Below are positions 62,785 to 64,000 of a DNA stretch of 64,000 nt, piece after piece. How positions within the stretch are numbered: position 1 is the first letter of the stretch; every line of letters begins with the position of its first letter. Made by a program: the position numbers and the translations under genes. This DNA is from Zetaproteobacteria bacterium CG_4_9_14_3_um_filter_49_83 (lineage in GTDB: Bacteria; Pseudomonadota; Zetaproteobacteria; Mariprofundales; Mariprofundaceae). The stretch spans positions 40,161-104,160 of the forward strand of contig PFXG01000010.1 of the NCBI GenBank assembly GCA_002791545.1. Direction: 5' to 3'. The notes under the pieces are model-generated. The model worked only from the letters and a program-made list of their open reading frames with translations. It had not been told where the DNA came from and made no database searches.

Positions 62785-64000
62785 ATGTTAAGGCATTGCC
62801 TCATTTTGTTATGTGTAAATTTGCTATTAAATATGACGGCTGTGGCAGCTATGCCAGAACAAGAGATCAATCATATTCAAATCGAAGGCCTTAAATACAG
62901 TGATCCTCAACTGCTGCTCAGAGAGCTTCCATTCACAGAAGGAGAAATGTGGGAGGATGGATTTGTTCAAGTCAGTGAACGGCGATTGCGGAATCTCGGG
63001 GTTCTGGGAGATGTGACGGTATTTGCACCTGACGAAAATGGGACGGTTATGATTCGAGTTTCGGACAGGTGGCCGGTGTGGCTGCTGCCGGTTGCGAGCC
63101 GAAAAGATGGTGGTGCTTCCAGCGCCGGACTGGTGCTGACTGAATACAATCTTTGGGGGTTGAATCATCAGTTACGCATGTCTGGAGCCATTGATACAGG
63201 GAAAAATTTTTCGACCAATCAGGGGCAAAGCGCGTCATTTTCATATCTATGGCGTCGTGTAAATAATAGTAAAGTATCACTGGATATGAGCACAAATCGT
63301 GGCAAAAGTTCTCTGGATGTATTCAGAGCTGGAATATTTGAGAGTGGATATGAACGCAATACAAATGATGTGACAGTAGGGATGTCATACGCGTTGGGAG
63401 AGGTGCCGGGAGAAGGCTGGGGGCTTCGCCTTGGCGGAAGCTTTAGTGATGCTCGATATACATTGAAGCAGGGGCCAGCTCAGCCGGATGTAATTAACAG
63501 AAAGCGCAATGCCTTTCAGGTCGGATCATCGTATCAATGGCTGGATGATCATACGACATGGCTCAATGGCATGGCGTTTGATTACAATGCAGACGTAGCA
63601 GTACCTTGGTTAGGCTCAAACATCGGGGTGATACGACAATATGTATCATGGCGGCAGCATGTGCCGGTGTACGAACAGAACACCATTGATGTGCGTTTAA
63701 ACGCTGGATGGATGCAGGGAGAAATCCTGCGGGATGGCTTGTTTGACCTGGGTGACGGTCAGGCTATGCGAGGCTATTACCCGGGTGACCTGCTAGGCAG
63801 TGCATTTATCTATGGCACGCTGGAGTCACGCATAATTTTAAAGCCGTTTGATAATGTCCAGTGGGTTTCATTTATCGATGCAGGGCATATTTCACGAGAC
63901 GGGCAGCGCGCTCTTGGTAAATCGGTAGTTGCGGGAGTGGGAGGAGGTGTCAGATGGGTGTTCCGCTGGTTGGTTAACGGCACACTCAGGGTAGACGTGG
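62785..64000 (+). CDS. Omp85/BamA-TamA family outer-membrane protein with one POTRA domain; 3' end outside window
   Basis: Hand-translated ORF (not in the track) is open from ATG 62785 to the window end. Signal peptide MLRHCLILLCVNLLLNMTAVAA. POTRA-like IQIEGLKYSDPQLLLRELPFTEGEMW...VTVF. Beta-barrel-type alternating pattern to ...GVGGGVRWVF. Confidence 0.7.
   Translation, partial: MLRHCLILLCVNLLLNMTAVAAMPEQEINHIQIEGLKYSDPQLLLRELPFTEGEMWEDGFVQVSERRLRNLGVLGDVTVFAPDENGTVMIRVSDRWPVWLLPVASRKDGGASSAGLVLTEYNLWGLNHQLRMSGAIDTGKNFSTNQGQSASFSYLWRRVNNSKVSLDMSTNRGKSSLDVFRAGIFESGYERNTNDVTVGMSYALGEVPGEGWGLRLGGSFSDARYTLKQGPAQPDVINRKRNAFQVGSSYQWLDDHTTWLNGMAFDYNADVAVPWLGSNIGVIRQYVSWRQHVPVYEQNTIDVRLNAGWMQGEILRDGLFDLGDGQAMRGYYPGDLLGSAFIYGTLESRIILKPFDNVQWVSFIDAGHISRDGQRALGKSVVAGVGGGVRWVFRWLVNGTLRVDV

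Overview
Origin-proximal chromosomal segment of a moderate-GC gammaproteobacterium that is probably autotrophic, since it carries phosphoribulokinase. Right third: the classic replication and partition block. gyrB-recF-dnaN-dnaA, with purM fused to the gyrB end, lie on the minus strand. rpmH-rnpA-yidD-yidC-mnmE, prk, mnmG-rsmG-parA-parB, mtnA and the start of an Omp85-type outer-membrane protein lie on the plus strand. Three perfect DnaA boxes sit in the dnaA-dnaN spacer, which is the best oriC candidate. Two identical 18-bp perfect palindromes containing the canonical parS core overlap the predicted start codons of mnmG and parA. Left and middle: a glycosyltransferase/epimerase cluster, priA, and a pfp-pgm-glgP block punctuated by REP/MITE-like palindromic repeats. 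These are followed by thiC (no THI-box seen), tsaE, pcm, rodZ, pilW, mtnP, rlmN, gltA, a LysR regulator, ppnP and rlmJ. A full agmatine plus alternative (nor)spermidine gene set (speA, speB, carboxynorspermidine dehydrogenase and decarboxylase) is interleaved with MscS, CorA and CPA2 transporters. The best candidate for an undescribed system is at 22.2-28.0 kb. There, agmatinase is translationally coupled to a DUF785 retropepsin-like protease, RimK and an AstE/AspA (M14-like) hydrolase, followed by an orphan 363-aa protein and faced by a GspS/YgiC-like ATP-grasp amidoligase. Also notable: an ORF-free, repeat-dense stretch (43.65-44.09 kb) with converging DnaA boxes and iteron-like repeats, next to decayed RhuM and AlbA_2 gene remnants and an intact IS30-family element. 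A LysR-adjacent island encodes tiny, very acidic proteins. No rRNA, tRNA or CRISPR array was recognised by eye.
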